From: Comamonadaceae bacterium
Lineage (GTDB): Bacteria; Pseudomonadota; Gammaproteobacteria; Burkholderiales; Burkholderiaceae_C
Length of the DNA stretch: 64,000 bases
Direction: 5' to 3'
NCBI GenBank assembly: GCA_947451285.1
Contig: CANFYL010000002.1
Span: 12,688-76,687 of the forward strand
The translations under genes were made by a program, and so were the position numbers. The notes beneath the pieces were generated by a model. That model saw only the letters and a program-made list of their open reading frames with translations. It was not told the origin of the DNA and made no database searches. Below are positions 45,123 to 57,304 of this stretch, piece by piece (the first letter of the stretch is position 1; every line of letters begins with the position of its first letter).

Positions 45123-48100
45123 TTAAGCAGTCAACTGAGCGTGCATCTCTTGCACAGAAATCACATCGAGTTGGTCCATGTACTTCATGCCTTCCACTGC
45201 CGCTTCAGCCCCTGCGATGGTGGTGAAAGTGGTGACACGGTTGAGCAAGGCAGAGGTACGAATGTGACGCGAGTCCGCAATCGCGTTGCGGCGTTCTTCA
45301 ACGGTGTTGATCACCAAGGCAATCTCATTATTCTTTATCATATCTACGATGTGAGGACGACCTTCGGTCACCTTGTTCACATTGGCACAGGCGACACCCG
45401 CTGTGGTGATGGCCAAAGCAGTACCTTTGGTGGCGATCAACTCAAAGCCTTGGGCGACCAGTTGACGAGCTACTTCAATAGCTCGCACCTTGTCGTTGTT
45501 TTTGACCGAAATGAACACTTTGCCCGAAGACGAGCCATCGGCTTGGTGTGAGCGAGGCAACTTGGTGCCAGCGCCCAACTGGCTTTTGACAAAAGCTTCG
45601 CCAAAGGTTTTTCCAACCCCCATCACTTCACCCGTGGACTTCATCTCAGGGCCAAGGATGGTGTCGACGCCAGGGAACTTGACGAACGGGAACACCGCCT
45701 CTTTGACGCTGAAATAAGGTGGCGTCACTTCATGAAGAATGCCTTGCGAGGCCAGTGTCTGACCGGCCATGCAACGCGCAGCCACTTTGGCCAGCTGAAT
45801 GCCTGTGGCCTTGGATACGTAGGGCACCGTGCGTGAAGCGCGTGGGTTGACTTCCAACACATAAATCACGTCTTTGCCATCCACGTGCTGAATGGCGAAC
45901 TGAACGTTCATCAAGCCCACCACGTTCAAGGCACCGGCCATGGCGGCAGATTGACGCTTGAGTTCGTTCACGGTCTCTGCAGACAGCGAGTACGGTGGCA
46001 ACGAGCAAGCCGAGTCACCACTGTGCACGCCAGCTTGTTCGATGTGCTCCATCACGCCACCGATGAATGTTTTGCCTTCTGGATCACGCAGACAGTCCAC
46101 ATCACACTCGATGGCATCGTTCAAAAAGCGATCTAACAACACCGGTGAATCGTGGCTCACTTTGACGGCTTCGCGCATGTAACGCTCCAAGTCGCGTTGC
46201 TCGTGCACGATTTCCATGGCGCGTCCACCCAGCACATAACTGGGACGCACCACCAGGGGATAGCCCAAGGCAGCCGCTTTCTCCAATGCTTCTGGCTCGG
46301 TGCGTGCGGTGGCGTTGGGAGGCTGGCGCAGTCCCAGCTCTTGCAACAACTTCTGAAAACGTTCGCGGTCTTCGGCCGCGTCAATCATATCCGGACTGGT
46401 GCCAATGATGGGAACACCAGCGGCCTCAAGGCCTAAGGCCAGTTTCAAAGGAGTTTGGCCACCATACTGAACAATCACCCCGGTGGGCTTTTCTTTGTCC
46501 ACGATCTCCAACACGTCTTCCAGTGTCAAAGGCTCGAAATACAGACGATCCGACGTGTCGTAGTCGGTCGACACAGTTTCAGGGTTGCAGTTGACCATGA
46601 TGGTTTCGTAGCCGTCTTCGCGCATGGCAAGTGCGGCATGGACGCAGCAGTAATCAAACTCAATGCCTTGACCAATGCGGTTGGGGCCACCGCCCAACAC
46701 CATGATCTTCTTGTTCTGTGTCGGCTCAGCCTCGCACTCGCCGTCTCCATTGCCTTCGTAGCTGGAGTACATGTAGGCGGTATCGGTGGAAAACTCTGCG
46801 GCACAGGTATCCACGCGTTTGTAGACAGGGCGCACATTCAAAGCATGGCGCTTGGCGCGCACCACATGTTCGGTGGTTTTGAGCAGCTTGGCCAAGCGAC
46901 GGTCGGAAAAGCCTTTTTTCTTCAAGGCGCGCAACTCGTCAGCTGTGATGGCATCCAGCGTCGTGGTTTCGAGTTCCAACTCAATTTTCACGATCTCTTC
47001 GATTTGCACCAAGAACCAGCGGTCAATTTTGGTCAGCTCAAACACCTCATCGACGCTCAGGCCTTGGGCGAACGCATCGCCCACATACCAAATGCGCTCA
47101 GGGCCGGGCTCACCCAGCTCTTTTTCAAGCACTTCGCGGTCTTGGGTCTTCTCGTTCATCCCGTCCACGCCAACCTCCAAGCCGCGCAGGGCTTTTTGGA
47201 ACGACTCTTGGAAGGTACGGCCCATGGCCATGACTTCGCCCACCGATTTCATCTGGGTGGTCAAGCGGCTGTCGGCTGTGGGAAATTTTTCAAAGGCAAA
47301 ACGTGGAATTTTGGTGACCACGTAATCAATGCTGGGCTCAAAGCTCGCGGGCGTAGCACCACCGGTGATTTCGTTGCGCAACTCATCGAGCGTGTAACCC
47401 ACGGCCAACTTGGCCGCTACCTTGGCAATTGGAAAGCCCGTGGCCTTGGACGCCAAAGCAGAAGAACGCGACACACGCGGGTTCATCTCAATCACCACCA
47501 TGCGACCGTCTTTGGGATTGATGGAGAACTGCACATTCGAGCCCCCCGTGTCCACACCAATTTCACGCAACACGGCCAACGAGGCGTTGCGCATGATTTG
47601 GTATTCCTTGTCGGTCAAGGTTTGGGCTGGTGCCACGGTGATCGAGTCACCGGTGTGCACCCCCATGGGATCCAAGTTCTCGATCGAGCAAATGATGATG
47701 CAGTTGTCCGCTTTGTCGCGCACCACTTCCATCTCGTACTCTTTCCACCCCAGCAGCGACTCTTCAATCAATAATTCATTGGTGGGTGAGGCTTCCAAGC
47801 CCCGCTTGCAGATGACCTCGAACTCTTCCGGGTTGTAGGCAATGCCACCACCGGTGCCTCCTAGGGTGAAACTTGGGCGAATCACTGTTGGAAAGTTCAC
47901 TTGTCGCTGAACTTCCCAAGCCTCGTCCATGCTGTGGGCAATGCCAGAACGTGCTGAGCCAAGACCAATTTTGGTCATGGCATCTTTGAACTTCAAGCGG
48001 TCTTCCGCTTTGTCAATCGCCTCGGGTGTGGCACCGATCAATTCAACTTTGTATTTATCAAGCACACCGTGGTGCCACAAATCCAAAGCACAGTTCAAAG

Positions 48101-48383
48101 CAGTCTGCCCGCCCATGGTGGGCAAGATAGCGTCTGGACGCTCTTTGGCAATGATTTTTTCAACCGTTTGCCAGGTGATGGGCTCGATGTACGTGACGTC
48201 TGCCGTGGCGGGGTCGGTCATGATCGTGGCGGGATTGCTGTTGATCAAAATGACTTTGTATCCCTCTTCACGCAAGGCTTTGCAAGCCTGCACACCAGAG
48301 TAGTCAAATTCACACGCCTGCCCAATGATGATGGGGCCAGCGCCAATGATGAGGATGCTTTTTAAGTCGGTGCGCTTAGGCAT
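45123..48383 (-). CDS. carB: Carbamoyl-phosphate synthase large subunit
   Basis: [16 protein letters not shown], duplicated ATP-grasp domains, MGS domain. Confidence 0.97.
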   Translation of the reverse strand: MPKRTDLKSILIIGAGPIIIGQACEFDYSGVQACKALREEGYKVILINSNPATIMTDPATADVTYIEPITWQTVEKIIAKERPDAILPTMGGQTALNCALDLWHHGVLDKYKVELIGATPEAIDKAEDRLKFKDAMTKIGLGSARSGIAHSMDEAWEVQRQVNFPTVIRPSFTLGGTGGGIAYNPEEFEVICKRGLEASPTNELLIEESLLGWKEYEMEVVRDKADNCIIICSIENLDPMGVHTGDSITVAPAQTLTDKEYQIMRNASLAVLREIGVDTGGSNVQFSINPKDGRMVVIEMNPRVSRSSALASKATGFPIAKVAAKLAVGYTLDELRNEITGGATPASFEPSIDYVVTKIPRFAFEKFPTADSRLTTQMKSVGEVMAMGRTFQESFQKALRGLEVGVDGMNEKTQDREVLEKELGEPGPERIWYVGDAFAQGLSVDEVFELTKIDRWFLVQIEEIVKIELELETTTLDAITADELRALKKKGFSDRRLAKLLKTTEHVVRAKRHALNVRPVYKRVDTCAAEFSTDTAYMYSSYEGNGDGECEAEPTQNKKIMVLGGGPNRIGQGIEFDYCCVHAALAMREDGYETIMVNCNPETVSTDYDTSDRLYFEPLTLEDVLEIVDKEKPTGVIVQYGGQTPLKLALGLEAAGVPIIGTSPDMIDAAEDRERFQKLLQELGLRQPPNATARTEPEALEKAAALGYPLVVRPSYVLGGRAMEIVHEQRDLERYMREAVKVSHDSPVLLDRFLNDAIECDVDCLRDPEGKTFIGGVMEHIEQAGVHSGDSACSLPPYSLSAETVNELKRQSAAMAGALNVVGLMNVQFAIQHVDGKDVIYVLEVNPRASRTVPYVSKATGIQLAKVAARCMAGQTLASQGILHEVTPPYFSVKEAVFPFVKFPGVDTILGPEMKSTGEVMGVGKTFGEAFVKSQLGAGTKLPRSHQADGSSSGKVFISVKNNDKVRAIEVARQLVAQGFELIATKGTALAITTAGVACANVNKVTEGRPHIVDMIKNNEIALVINTVEERRNAIADSRHIRTSALLNRVTTFTTIAGAEAAVEGMKYMDQLDVISVQEMHAQLTA

Positions 48384-49547
48384 TTATTTTTTCTCCATCA
48401 AATTGATGAAGCGGTCGAAAAGATAGGTGATGTCATGAGGACCTGGTGATGCCTCGGGGTGTCCCTGGAAACAAAATGCGGGTTTGTCGGTGCGGGCCAA
48501 TCCTTGTAAGGTGCCATCAAACAAAGACACGTGAGTGGCTCGCAGATTGACTGGCAATGTTTTTTCATCCACCGCGAAACCGTGGTTTTGGCTGGTGATC
48601 GACACGCGACCGCTGTCAAGGTCCTTGACCGGATGGTTGGCGCCGTGATGTCCAAATTTCATCTTGAAGGTTTTGGCACCACTGGCCAAGGCCATGATTT
48701 GATGACCCAAACAAATACCAAAAGTCGGGATACCTGTTTCAATCAACTCGGCTGCAGCAGCAATGGCGTAGTCGCACGGTTGCGGATCCCCCGGACCGTT
48801 GGATAAAAAGATCCCATCCGGCTGGTGTTTGAGCACTTCGGCTGCCGAAGTTTTGGCGGGCACCACGGTCACTTTGCAACCGCGCTCAGCCAACATGCGC
48901 AAAATATTTTTCTTCACGCCAAAGTCGTACGCCACGACGTGAAACTTAGGCGCAGATTGTTCGCCATACCCCTTGCCAAGCGCCCACTCGGTTTGCGTCC
49001 AGGCATAGGTCGCGGCCACGGTGACTTGTTGTGCCAAATCGAGACCGGCCATACTGGGTGCCCCTTGGGCGGCGGCAATGGCTTGTTCTTTCAGCGCTTG
49101 GCTGACTTGCTGACCTGGCGCCAGGGCCAGGATCGCACCGTTTTGCGCCCCTTTGGTACGCAAGATGCGCGTCAATTGACGGGTATCAATGTTGGCAATC
49201 GCCACCGTGTCGCTGTCGTTCAGATAAGCCGACAAGGTTTGGTGTGATCGAAAGTTGCTGGCCACCAAAGGAAGGTCTTTGATGATCAAGCCAGCAGCAT
49301 GGACTATGTCAGCCTCGATGTCTTCGACGTTGACACCATAGTTGCCAATGTGTGGATACGTCAGGGTGACGATCTGCTGGCAGTAGCTGGGGTCGGTCAG
49401 AATTTCTTGGTAGCCAGTGAGCGATGTATTGAACACCACTTCACCAACATTAGAACCAGGGGCTCCAATCGAGTTGCCGATAAAGACCGTGCCGTCTGCA
49501 AGCGCCAAGATGGCGGGCGGGAAAGTTCCCTGAAGAGACAAAAGCAC
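48384..49547 (-). CDS. carA: Carbamoyl-phosphate synthase small subunit
   Basis: [36 protein letters not shown]. Confidence 0.96.
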   Translation of the reverse strand: MLLSLQGTFPPAILALADGTVFIGNSIGAPGSNVGEVVFNTSLTGYQEILTDPSYCQQIVTLTYPHIGNYGVNVEDIEADIVHAAGLIIKDLPLVASNFRSHQTLSAYLNDSDTVAIANIDTRQLTRILRTKGAQNGAILALAPGQQVSQALKEQAIAAAQGAPSMAGLDLAQQVTVAATYAWTQTEWALGKGYGEQSAPKFHVVAYDFGVKKNILRMLAERGCKVTVVPAKTSAAEVLKHQPDGIFLSNGPGDPQPCDYAIAAAAELIETGIPTFGICLGHQIMALASGAKTFKMKFGHHGANHPVKDLDSGRVSITSQNHGFAVDEKTLPVNLRATHVSLFDGTLQGLARTDKPAFCFQGHPEASPGPHDITYLFDRFINLMEKK

Positions 49548-49569
49548 TGGGTTCTCCGGAGTAGTTCGG

Positions 49570-49651
49570 GTACGCCTCAGCGCTCACAAGAGAACGGGTC
49601 TCTTTTTGGCTGCTTGTTCGAGGAATGGGCCTTGGTTGAGCTGGGGCGTAC
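49570..49651 (-). ncRNA. Candidate structured cis-regulatory leader upstream of carA
   Basis: Long imperfect inverted repeat GTACGCCTCAGC/GCTGGGGCGTAC enclosing an AAGAGA/TCTCTT hairpin; TATAAT at 49675-49680 (minus). Confidence 0.45.
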
Positions 49652-49705
49652 AGGTTGATGCGGGAAAGCCTCTCATTATATCCGAGGCACTCGTTTACCC
49701 TTGCG

Positions 49706-50482
49706 TCATGTCACTCGACAGGTGGCACTGGCGTGCAAACAAATCGCGGCGGCAGCGGCCACATTCAATGACTCTTCGCCACCGGGTTGCGCGATACGCA
49801 CCGACAATGCCGCCTGGACGGCCAGCTGAGGTGAAACGCCCTGCCCCTCATGCCCCATCAGCCAGGCGCACGGCATGGGCAACGCCTGCTGAGCGAGCAA
49901 CTGGTGCAGGAATGGGCCTTGGTGCGAACTGGTGGCCACCCAAGGCATCTCCAGTGCGTCCAACGCCGAAGGCTCGAGGCCCTCCACCAAATGCAAACCA
50001 AAATGCGCGCCCATGCCAGCACGCAAGACTTTGGGAGACCACAGGGCAGCAGCACCTTTGATGGCCAAGACCTGGCCAAAACCAAAGGCGGACGCGCTGC
50101 GCAAAATTGAGCCAACATTGCCAGCGTCTTGCACCCGATCCAGCACCACGGTGGGGGTGTGACGCAAGATGTCGGGTCCCACTGGTACCGTCATCACAAA
50201 CCCCATCCGCGCGGGGGATTCGAGTCCACTCACCTCGGCAAACAGGGCATCGGGCAACACCGTGTTGCGGGGTGCAGCTTCGGTCCAGTCGCGCGGAGCG
50301 ATGTCCCATTGCGATTGTGCAAACACGGCATGCTCAGGCCGAACGCCACGTGCCAACGCCGCACGACACAGGTGGTCGCCTTCCAACCAAACACGACCGA
50401 GCTTGCGGTAGGCCGTGCTGTCTTGCGACAGGCGACGCAGCTCTTTGACCAAGGGGTTGTCACGCGAAGTAATCACGTTCAT
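49706..50482 (-). CDS. TrmH/SpoU family RNA methyltransferase
   Basis: [33 protein letters not shown]. Confidence 0.92.
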   Translation of the reverse strand: MNVITSRDNPLVKELRRLSQDSTAYRKLGRVWLEGDHLCRAALARGVRPEHAVFAQSQWDIAPRDWTEAAPRNTVLPDALFAEVSGLESPARMGFVMTVPVGPDILRHTPTVVLDRVQDAGNVGSILRSASAFGFGQVLAIKGAAALWSPKVLRAGMGAHFGLHLVEGLEPSALDALEMPWVATSSHQGPFLHQLLAQQALPMPCAWLMGHEGQGVSPQLAVQAALSVRIAQPGGEESLNVAAAAAICLHASATCRVT

Positions 50483-51096
50483 CGAAGCACCTCGGCAACG
50501 GGTGCAAAACTTTGACGGTGTAAGGGCGTGGCCCCATGGGTACGCAAAGCCTGCAAATGTGCTTCGGTGCCGTACCCCTTGTGACGGTCAAAACCGTACT
50601 CTGGATATTGATCATGCAATTGCAGGCACCAGCGGTCACGGTGTACCTTGGCCAAGATAGATGCCGCAGAAATGGCGGGTACCTTGCTGTCGCCTTTGAC
50701 AATGGCTTCGGCCAACACATCGAGCACAGGTAGACGGTTGCCATCCACCAACACTTTGTGAGGCTTTAGGCGTAACCCCTCTACCGCCCGACGCATCGCA
50801 AGAAGGGTGGCATTCAAAATATTCAGACTGTCAATTTCCTCCACCGAGGCCTCAGCAATCGAACAGCACAGAGCTTTGGCACGGATCTCGTTATACAAAT
50901 GCTCGCGCTTCAAGGCCGTGAGTTTTTTGGAGTCCGCCAAGCCTACGATTGGGTTCAGGTCATCCAAGATGACAGCAGCAGCCACGACTGGCCCGGCTAA
51001 AGGCCCTCGCCCAGCCTCATCCACGCCGGCCATCAGACCCGGTGCATCCCAGACCAGGGAAGCCTGTTCAGCGCGCAAGAATTTTTTGGATCGCAT
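50479..51096 (-). CDS. rnhB: Ribonuclease HII
   Basis: [37 protein letters not shown]. Confidence 0.95.
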   Translation of the reverse strand: MRSKKFLRAEQASLVWDAPGLMAGVDEAGRGPLAGPVVAAAVILDDLNPIVGLADSKKLTALKREHLYNEIRAKALCCSIAEASVEEIDSLNILNATLLAMRRAVEGLRLKPHKVLVDGNRLPVLDVLAEAIVKGDSKVPAISAASILAKVHRDRWCLQLHDQYPEYGFDRHKGYGTEAHLQALRTHGATPLHRQSFAPVAEVLR

Positions 51097-52210
51097 GGGC
51101 AGCCAATGCCGGGGTGTCACAGCGCAAACTGTCATGCAGCGCGGCAAAACGTTGTTGAATGGCGGTCACAGCAGCGGGTTGTGCCAGCCACTGCAATACC
51201 TCATACGCCATGGCGTCCGGGGTGGCAGCGTCTTGCAACAACTCAGGCACCACAAACTCCTGGCACAAGATATTGGGCAGCCCTACCCAGGGCTGCAGTT
51301 TCTTACGACGCATGATTTGCCAGCTGATCCAGTTCATGTTGTAAGCGATGACCATCGGACGTTTGAAAAGCGCGGCTTCCAGCGTGGCGGTACCACTGGC
51401 AATCAGTGTCACATCGCAAGCGGCCAGAGCAGCGTGCGATTGTCCGGTCAACACCGTCAGCCTAGGCACGCCACCTACCTCGCGAACCAGCGCATCAATT
51501 CGGGCACGTAACGCAGACATGGCGGGCAAGACAAAGATCAGCCCAGGCTGTTGCTGGGCCATGCGCTGCGCCGCTTGTAAAAAACGACGTGCCAAATATT
51601 CAATTTCAGAATGTCGACTGCCAGGCAATAACGCCACCACAGTCGCGTCTTGTGGCAAGCCCAGTGCAACACGTGCCGCAGTACGGTCAACTTGCTCGGG
51701 AATCGTTTGTGCCAGTGGATGCCCCACGTAGGTGGCAGCAATGCCGTGCGCTTCGAGCAATGCATTTTCAAACGGAAAGATGCACAGCACATGGTCTACG
51801 CTGCGTCGAATTTTGTCGACTCTGTCAGCACGCCAAGCCCAAATAGAAGGACACACAAAATGCACCGTCGGAATGCCGCTCGCCTTTAGATCATGCTCTA
51901 AGTCAAGATTGAAGTCTGGCGCATCCACACCAATGAAGGCGCTGGGTGGTTGTGCCAACAAACGCGCTTTGAGCTGCTGACGAATACTCACAATTTCACG
52001 ATAGTGCCGCAACACTTCCACATAGCCACGCACGGCTAATTTTTCGTAAGACCACCAAGCTTCAAACCCTTGCTGTACCATGCGCGGCCCCCCAATGCCG
52101 GTGCTTCTCATCTCGGGCCATGTTTGGCGCATTCCCTGCAGCAACAGGCCTGCGAGCAAATCACCCGAGACCTCGCCAGCGACAAGCGAGAATGTCACAG
52201 GTGCCGACAT
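51068..52210 (-). CDS. lpxB: Lipid-A-disaccharide synthase
   Basis: AGEVSGD, DAPDFN, PSIWAWR, LPGSR, SGTATLE. Confidence 0.95.
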   Translation of the reverse strand: MSAPVTFSLVAGEVSGDLLAGLLLQGMRQTWPEMRSTGIGGPRMVQQGFEAWWSYEKLAVRGYVEVLRHYREIVSIRQQLKARLLAQPPSAFIGVDAPDFNLDLEHDLKASGIPTVHFVCPSIWAWRADRVDKIRRSVDHVLCIFPFENALLEAHGIAATYVGHPLAQTIPEQVDRTAARVALGLPQDATVVALLPGSRHSEIEYLARRFLQAAQRMAQQQPGLIFVLPAMSALRARIDALVREVGGVPRLTVLTGQSHAALAACDVTLIASGTATLEAALFKRPMVIAYNMNWISWQIMRRKKLQPWVGLPNILCQEFVVPELLQDAATPDAMAYEVLQWLAQPAAVTAIQQRFAALHDSLRCDTPALAAHAIQKILAR

Positions 52211-52214
52211 AAGC

Positions 52215-53009
52215 TCAGCGCACGATGCCACGCTGTGGCGAGGTCTCGTTCAAGAAGTCGAGCATCATCTGCACATCGGGTACAGATTCAGGTTTGGATT
52301 GCACCAGCGCTGCGATGCGCTCTTTGGCTTTGTCGAGCGTCAAGTCTTCACGGTACAAGGCCTTGTGCATGGCCTTGACTGCACTGATACGCTCTGGGGA
52401 AAAGCCGCGTCGACGCAGCCCTTCGTAATTCATGGAGCGCGCCTCTGCCGGCTGCCCCTGACACATCACAAAAGGCGGTAAATCAGCAAACAGCAAAGAA
52501 TGCATGGCCGTGAAACTGTGAGCGCCAATGCGCACAAACTGATGCACCACGGTAAAGCCACCCAAGATCACCCAATCACCCACGTGCACGTGGCCAGCCA
52601 ATTGCGCACTGTTGGCAAAGATGGTGTGGTTGCCCACCACACAATCGTGCGCCAAATGCACATAGGCCATGATCCAGTTGTCATCACCCACACGCGTCAC
52701 ACCCTTGTCGCCGGGAGAACCGATGTTGAAGGTACAGAACTCGCGGATGGTGTTACGGTCACCGATCACCAATTCGCAGGGCTCACCGGCATATTTCTTA
52801 TCTTGCGGGATCGCGCCCAAAGAGTTGAATTGAAAAATACGGTTATCGCACCCAATAGTAGTGTGTCCTTCGATCACACAATGAGCACCGACCGTGGTAC
52901 CTGCCCCAATGCGAACGCGGGGGCCAATGATGGTGTACGGCCCCACTTGTACCGAGCTGTCAAGCTCGGCTTGGGGGTCAACAATCGCCGTGGAATGGAT
53001 CAGGCTCAT
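52215..53009 (-). CDS. lpxA: UDP-GlcNAc acyltransferase
   Basis: [20 protein letters not shown], hexapeptide repeats. Confidence 0.95.
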   Translation of the reverse strand: MSLIHSTAIVDPQAELDSSVQVGPYTIIGPRVRIGAGTTVGAHCVIEGHTTIGCDNRIFQFNSLGAIPQDKKYAGEPCELVIGDRNTIREFCTFNIGSPGDKGVTRVGDDNWIMAYVHLAHDCVVGNHTIFANSAQLAGHVHVGDWVILGGFTVVHQFVRIGAHSFTAMHSLLFADLPPFVMCQGQPAEARSMNYEGLRRRGFSPERISAVKAMHKALYREDLTLDKAKERIAALVQSKPESVPDVQMMLDFLNETSPQRGIVR

Positions 53010-53025
53010 CGTCGCGAGGTGTTAG

Positions 53026-53469
53026 TCAGGCGATAGTGCGCATGGTGCACATCAACTCGGCTTCCGTCGCGATTTCATCCCCCACTTTTGCTCGCGCCTT
53101 GAATTTGAAAATACCGGCTTTCATGCGATCGAGCTCAACTTCCAAAATCAATTGATCGCCTGGCTCCACTGGACGCTTAAAACGTGCACCGTCAATGCCG
53201 GCGAAGTAATAAACCGTTTTGTCATCTGGGGTTACTCCGACGGCATCAAATGCCAGCAATGCAGCAGCTTGGGCCAATGCTTCCAACATCAACACACCTG
53301 GCATCACTGGACGGTGCGGGAAGTGCCCCGTGAAATATGGCTCGTTGATTGAGACGTTTTTGAGCGCCTTGATGCGTTTACCTTTTTCGATCTCTAACAC
53401 GCGGTCAACCAACAAGATGGGGTAGCGATGCGGCAATTGCTTCAAAATTTGATGGATGTCCATGCTCAT
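53026..53469 (-). CDS. fabZ: 3-hydroxyacyl-ACP dehydratase
   Basis: [27 protein letters not shown]. Confidence 0.95.
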   Translation of the reverse strand: MSMDIHQILKQLPHRYPILLVDRVLEIEKGKRIKALKNVSINEPYFTGHFPHRPVMPGVLMLEALAQAAALLAFDAVGVTPDDKTVYYFAGIDGARFKRPVEPGDQLILEVELDRMKAGIFKFKARAKVGDEIATEAELMCTMRTIA

Positions 53470-54449
53470 TTTTTTTGACTTTCTAATGCTAATTCGATAG
53501 ATCTGATGCGGTCGCGCAAAAGGTGCAACTGACGCAATGTGGCTGCGTTTTTCTCCCATGATGCATTCTCATCGATGGGAAATACGCCACTGTACTGTCC
53601 AGGCTGACGAATAGAACGCATCACGACCGATGCAGCAGAAATATGTACACCTTCGGCCAATTCCAAATGACCCAACACAACGGCCCCGCCACCAACTGTG
53701 CAGTGAGCGCCAATGCGAGCGCTGCCTGCAACACCGGCACAGCCAGCCACGGCCGTATGTGCGCCAATTTGAACGTTATGACCAATTTGCACCAAGTTAT
53801 CAAGCTTCACACCATCTTCAATCACAGTGTCATCCAGTGCGCCGCGGTCAATACAGGTATTCGCGCCTATCTCAACATCATTGCCAATGCTAACGACGCC
53901 AAGCTGTTCAATTTTTTCCCAACGCCCTTCATACAGGGCAAAACCAAATCCATCAGCACCAATGACAACGCCCGCGTGCACGATGCAGCGCTGCCCCACG
54001 ACGCAATATTCACCAACAGTCACGCCCGACTTCAACCAAGTGTGCGCGCCAATACTCGCACCGCGCTCAATCACACACAGAGGGCCAATACGTGCACTAG
54101 CGTCAACATGGGCAGAAGGATGGACAACGGCGCTTGGATGAACCTTTGGTTCATCGTGGCGCCGATGCTGAGCACGCCACAGCTGCGTCAAGCGTGCAAA
54201 GTAGTGGTAAGGGTTATCGGTCACGATGCAGAAACCACGTGCCTGTGCCAAGGTCGCCATTTCGGGCGAGACAATCACGCAAGCTGCTTTCGTTGTCGTG
54301 AGTTGGGATTTGTATTTCGGATGACTCAAGAAACTCAAAGCATCAGAACGGGCAGTTTCAAGAGGTGCGAGTTTTTGAATCCATTGCTCGGGATCCCCAT
54401 GAAACTGGCCTCCGAGACTTTCAACAATATCGCCGAGACGCAGTGCCAC
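53466..54449 (-). CDS. lpxD: UDP-3-O-acylglucosamine N-acyltransferase
   Basis: [28 protein letters not shown]. Confidence 0.94.
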   Translation of the reverse strand: MALRLGDIVESLGGQFHGDPEQWIQKLAPLETARSDALSFLSHPKYKSQLTTTKAACVIVSPEMATLAQARGFCIVTDNPYHYFARLTQLWRAQHRRHDEPKVHPSAVVHPSAHVDASARIGPLCVIERGASIGAHTWLKSGVTVGEYCVVGQRCIVHAGVVIGADGFGFALYEGRWEKIEQLGVVSIGNDVEIGANTCIDRGALDDTVIEDGVKLDNLVQIGHNVQIGAHTAVAGCAGVAGSARIGAHCTVGGGAVVLGHLELAEGVHISAASVVMRSIRQPGQYSGVFPIDENASWEKNAATLRQLHLLRDRIRSIELALESQKK

Positions 54450-54455
54450 GGCTTA

Positions 54456-54962
54456 TTACTTTGCGGAGTTGATGACCTTGAGCACTTTGTCCGTGATGTC
54501 ATGCTTGGGACTGATATATACAGCCTCTTGCAAAACAAGGTCGTATTTTTCTGCTTCGGCCACTTGCTTGATCACGCGATTTGTCCGCTCAAGAACCAGT
54601 TGGAATTCTTCATTTTTGCGCGCGTTGAGCTCTTCTTGAAATTCACGGCGCTTTCGTTGGAAATCACGATCTTGCTCGCCTAACTGCTTTTGACGGTTCA
54701 AACGTTGCGATTCTGACAAAGTGGGTGCTTCACGTTCAAATTTTTCAACACCCGCCTTTAGGGCGCTACCAGCGTCATTGAGATCTTTGTCTCGCTTGGA
54801 AAATTCTTGCTCAAGTTTGACTTGAGCCTGTTTAGCCGTATTAGCTTCTTTAAAAATACGGTCTGTGTTGATAAAACCAATACGAATTTCTTCGGCGTTT
54901 GAAGTCAACCCAATCAGGGCCATCGAAACGGCGAAGACGGCTTGAGTTATAAACTTATTCAT
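54456..54962 (-). CDS. skp: Periplasmic chaperone Skp/OmpH
   Basis: Signal peptide; IGFIN, KLEQEF, DITDKV; located between bamA and lpxD. Confidence 0.9.
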   Translation of the reverse strand: MNKFITQAVFAVSMALIGLTSNAEEIRIGFINTDRIFKEANTAKQAQVKLEQEFSKRDKDLNDAGSALKAGVEKFEREAPTLSESQRLNRQKQLGEQDRDFQRKRREFQEELNARKNEEFQLVLERTNRVIKQVAEAEKYDLVLQEAVYISPKHDITDKVLKVINSAK

Positions 54963-57265
54963 CAGAAAGATGTCCCGATTTGGAATTGCAATCTTTGGAT
55001 TCTATCCCCAGTGAAGGACCGGGCAGGCAAAGCCCATGCAAATCGCAAAGGTCCCATAGGAGAGACCCAACTCAAACCAACACCGTAAGAACTACGCAGT
55101 TGGTTTAACTGAATTTTGTCAAACTCCCCGAATACGTTTCCCATGTCATAAAAACTATAAAGCCTCAGACTGCGGTCATTGCCTGCGCCTGGAAAAGGCA
55201 TTAAGAATTCACTATTAAGTGTGATTTTTTTAGTACCACCTGAGACGATGCCGTAGACATCGCGAGGCCCCAATGTTCCTTGTTCAAACCCCCGAACAGA
55301 ACCAAGGCCCCCTGAAAAATAATTCTTGAATACAGGAAAGTTTTGGCCTTGGAGTCCTTTTCCGATACCCAAATCAGCGTTAAAAGCAAACGTGTATTGC
55401 TTTGTTAGCGAGAAATAATGCTGATATTGACCACCCAACTTGGCATAACGCGTGTCACCCGCAGCACCAACTTCACTATTGGCACGGATCAACCTGCCAG
55501 TAGAAGGGTTGAGATAACTATCACGACCATCCCTGGCCCAACCCAAAGTCACTGGAACAGTTTTGGTCGTATAGCCGTGGTTATAGGCGTAGACAAGCCA
55601 TGAGGTAGGCAAGTTTGTGCCGGGAATAATTTCTGTTTGCTCGAGCGACGTACCTACAAAAACGCGGTCAAGCTCACTAAATGGGACGCCAAAACGGATG
55701 CCAAGGCCAGCAGTCACGAGTCGGTAATCACCTCCCTGCTCAACATAGGGTTTACTGGAGCGATGGTAGTAGTCGAATGTTCGTGATACGCCGTCTTGGG
55801 TGAAATAAGGATTGGTTGTGCTTATCACGTAATACTGATTGAACTTGCTGGTGCTGACTTGCAGGCCTAAGTTCTGCCCAGACCCAAAAACGTTTTCTTG
55901 CTGCACACCGAATGAAAAAGTAACTTTTTCTGCGGTTGAAAAACCAGCACCTAAAGTCAACATACCTGTTGGTTTTTCAACAACGTTAACATTTAAATCG
56001 ACCTGATCTTGAGATGCGGCAACTTCTTGTGTGTCAATGTCAACCTCTTTGAAGTAGCCGAGTCGGTTAACACGATCACGAGACAAGCGAATCCGTTCGC
56101 CGTCGTACCAAGATGACTCCATTTGACGGAATTCACGACGTACGATTTCATCACGCGTTCTGTTGTTACCCAAGATGTTGATGCGCCTGACATAAGCGCG
56201 GCGAGAAGGGTCTGCCACCAAAATCAACTTAACGCGATTGGTCGAACGGTCAATCTCAGGACGCACCTCTGTTCGAGCAAATGCAAAGCCAAAATTTCCA
56301 AAATACTCATTGAACGCCTTGGTGGTTTTCGCCACGTCATCTGCGTTGTAGGGGTACCCAGCTTTGATCTCAATCAAAGACTTAAAGTCATCATCTTTAC
56401 CGAGATAATAGCCTTCCAATGCAATTTCGGAAACTACAAAACGATCACCTTCTGTGATGTTGATGGTGATGCTGATGTCTTGCTTGTTTGGGGAAATGGC
56501 AACTTGAGTTGAGTCAATGCGAAACTCTAAATAGCCACGTGACAAATACCAAGAACGCAAGGTCTCGAGGTCCGCATTTAGCTTGGTGCGGGAGTAGCGG
56601 TCCGACTTGGTGTACCAGCTTAGCCAATTGCCTGTGCCTTGATCAAATTGATCTAAGAGCATGGACTCGCTAAAGTTTTTACCCCCAACAATACGTATTT
56701 CTTTGATTTTGGCCAAATCGCCTTCAACAACTGTGAAGGATAAGTTAACACGGTTTCGGTCACTAGGTGTGATGGTGGTGATGATTTCTGCACCATACAA
56801 GCTGCGACTGACGTACTGGCGCTTGAGTTCTTGTTCTGCGCGATCAGCCAATGCTCTATCAAATGGTCGTCCTTCGGCTAAACCGATATCCCTCAGTGCT
56901 TTACGCAAAACATCTTTGTCAAACTCTTTGGTTCCAATGAATTCAACTGCAGCGATGTTGGGCCGTTCCTCCAAAATCAGAACCAGCACATCGCCAATCA
57001 CTTCAATTCGCACATCCTTAAAAAGGCCTAAGGCGAACAAACTACGAATAGCGGCCGCACCTTTGTCATCGGTGTAGTTGTCTCCTACTCTAAGTGGAAT
57101 AGATGCAAAGATCGTACCGGGCTCAACGCGTTGCAAGCCCTCAACACGGATGTCACGCACAGTAAATGGATCTGCTGCCCAGGAATTAAAAGCCAAGGCT
57201 GAACCCAGCATCGCCGCGACAAAGGCACGCGGAGCAAATGAAGATCGAAAAGATTGCTTGTTCAT
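54962..57265 (-). CDS. bamA: Outer membrane protein assembly factor BamA
   Basis: POTRA repeats (DIRVEGLQR), VRGF motif, C-terminal FQIGTSF. Confidence 0.96.
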   Translation of the reverse strand: MNKQSFRSSFAPRAFVAAMLGSALAFNSWAADPFTVRDIRVEGLQRVEPGTIFASIPLRVGDNYTDDKGAAAIRSLFALGLFKDVRIEVIGDVLVLILEERPNIAAVEFIGTKEFDKDVLRKALRDIGLAEGRPFDRALADRAEQELKRQYVSRSLYGAEIITTITPSDRNRVNLSFTVVEGDLAKIKEIRIVGGKNFSESMLLDQFDQGTGNWLSWYTKSDRYSRTKLNADLETLRSWYLSRGYLEFRIDSTQVAISPNKQDISITINITEGDRFVVSEIALEGYYLGKDDDFKSLIEIKAGYPYNADDVAKTTKAFNEYFGNFGFAFARTEVRPEIDRSTNRVKLILVADPSRRAYVRRINILGNNRTRDEIVRREFRQMESSWYDGERIRLSRDRVNRLGYFKEVDIDTQEVAASQDQVDLNVNVVEKPTGMLTLGAGFSTAEKVTFSFGVQQENVFGSGQNLGLQVSTSKFNQYYVISTTNPYFTQDGVSRTFDYYHRSSKPYVEQGGDYRLVTAGLGIRFGVPFSELDRVFVGTSLEQTEIIPGTNLPTSWLVYAYNHGYTTKTVPVTLGWARDGRDSYLNPSTGRLIRANSEVGAAGDTRYAKLGGQYQHYFSLTKQYTFAFNADLGIGKGLQGQNFPVFKNYFSGGLGSVRGFEQGTLGPRDVYGIVSGGTKKITLNSEFLMPFPGAGNDRSLRLYSFYDMGNVFGEFDKIQLNQLRSSYGVGLSWVSPMGPLRFAWALPARSFTGDRIQRLQFQIGTSF

Positions 57266-57304
57266 GAAGAAGTAACTTCAGAGCCGTGGAAGAGTGTTGA
57301 AAAC

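Noticed and set aside
46455-47774. 439-aa plus-strand ORF
   Set aside because: Entirely antisense to carB with no recognisable motifs; a typical shadow ORF produced by codon bias
53643-54683. 346-aa plus-strand ORF
   Set aside because: Antisense to lpxD and skp; no RBS or protein-like motifs
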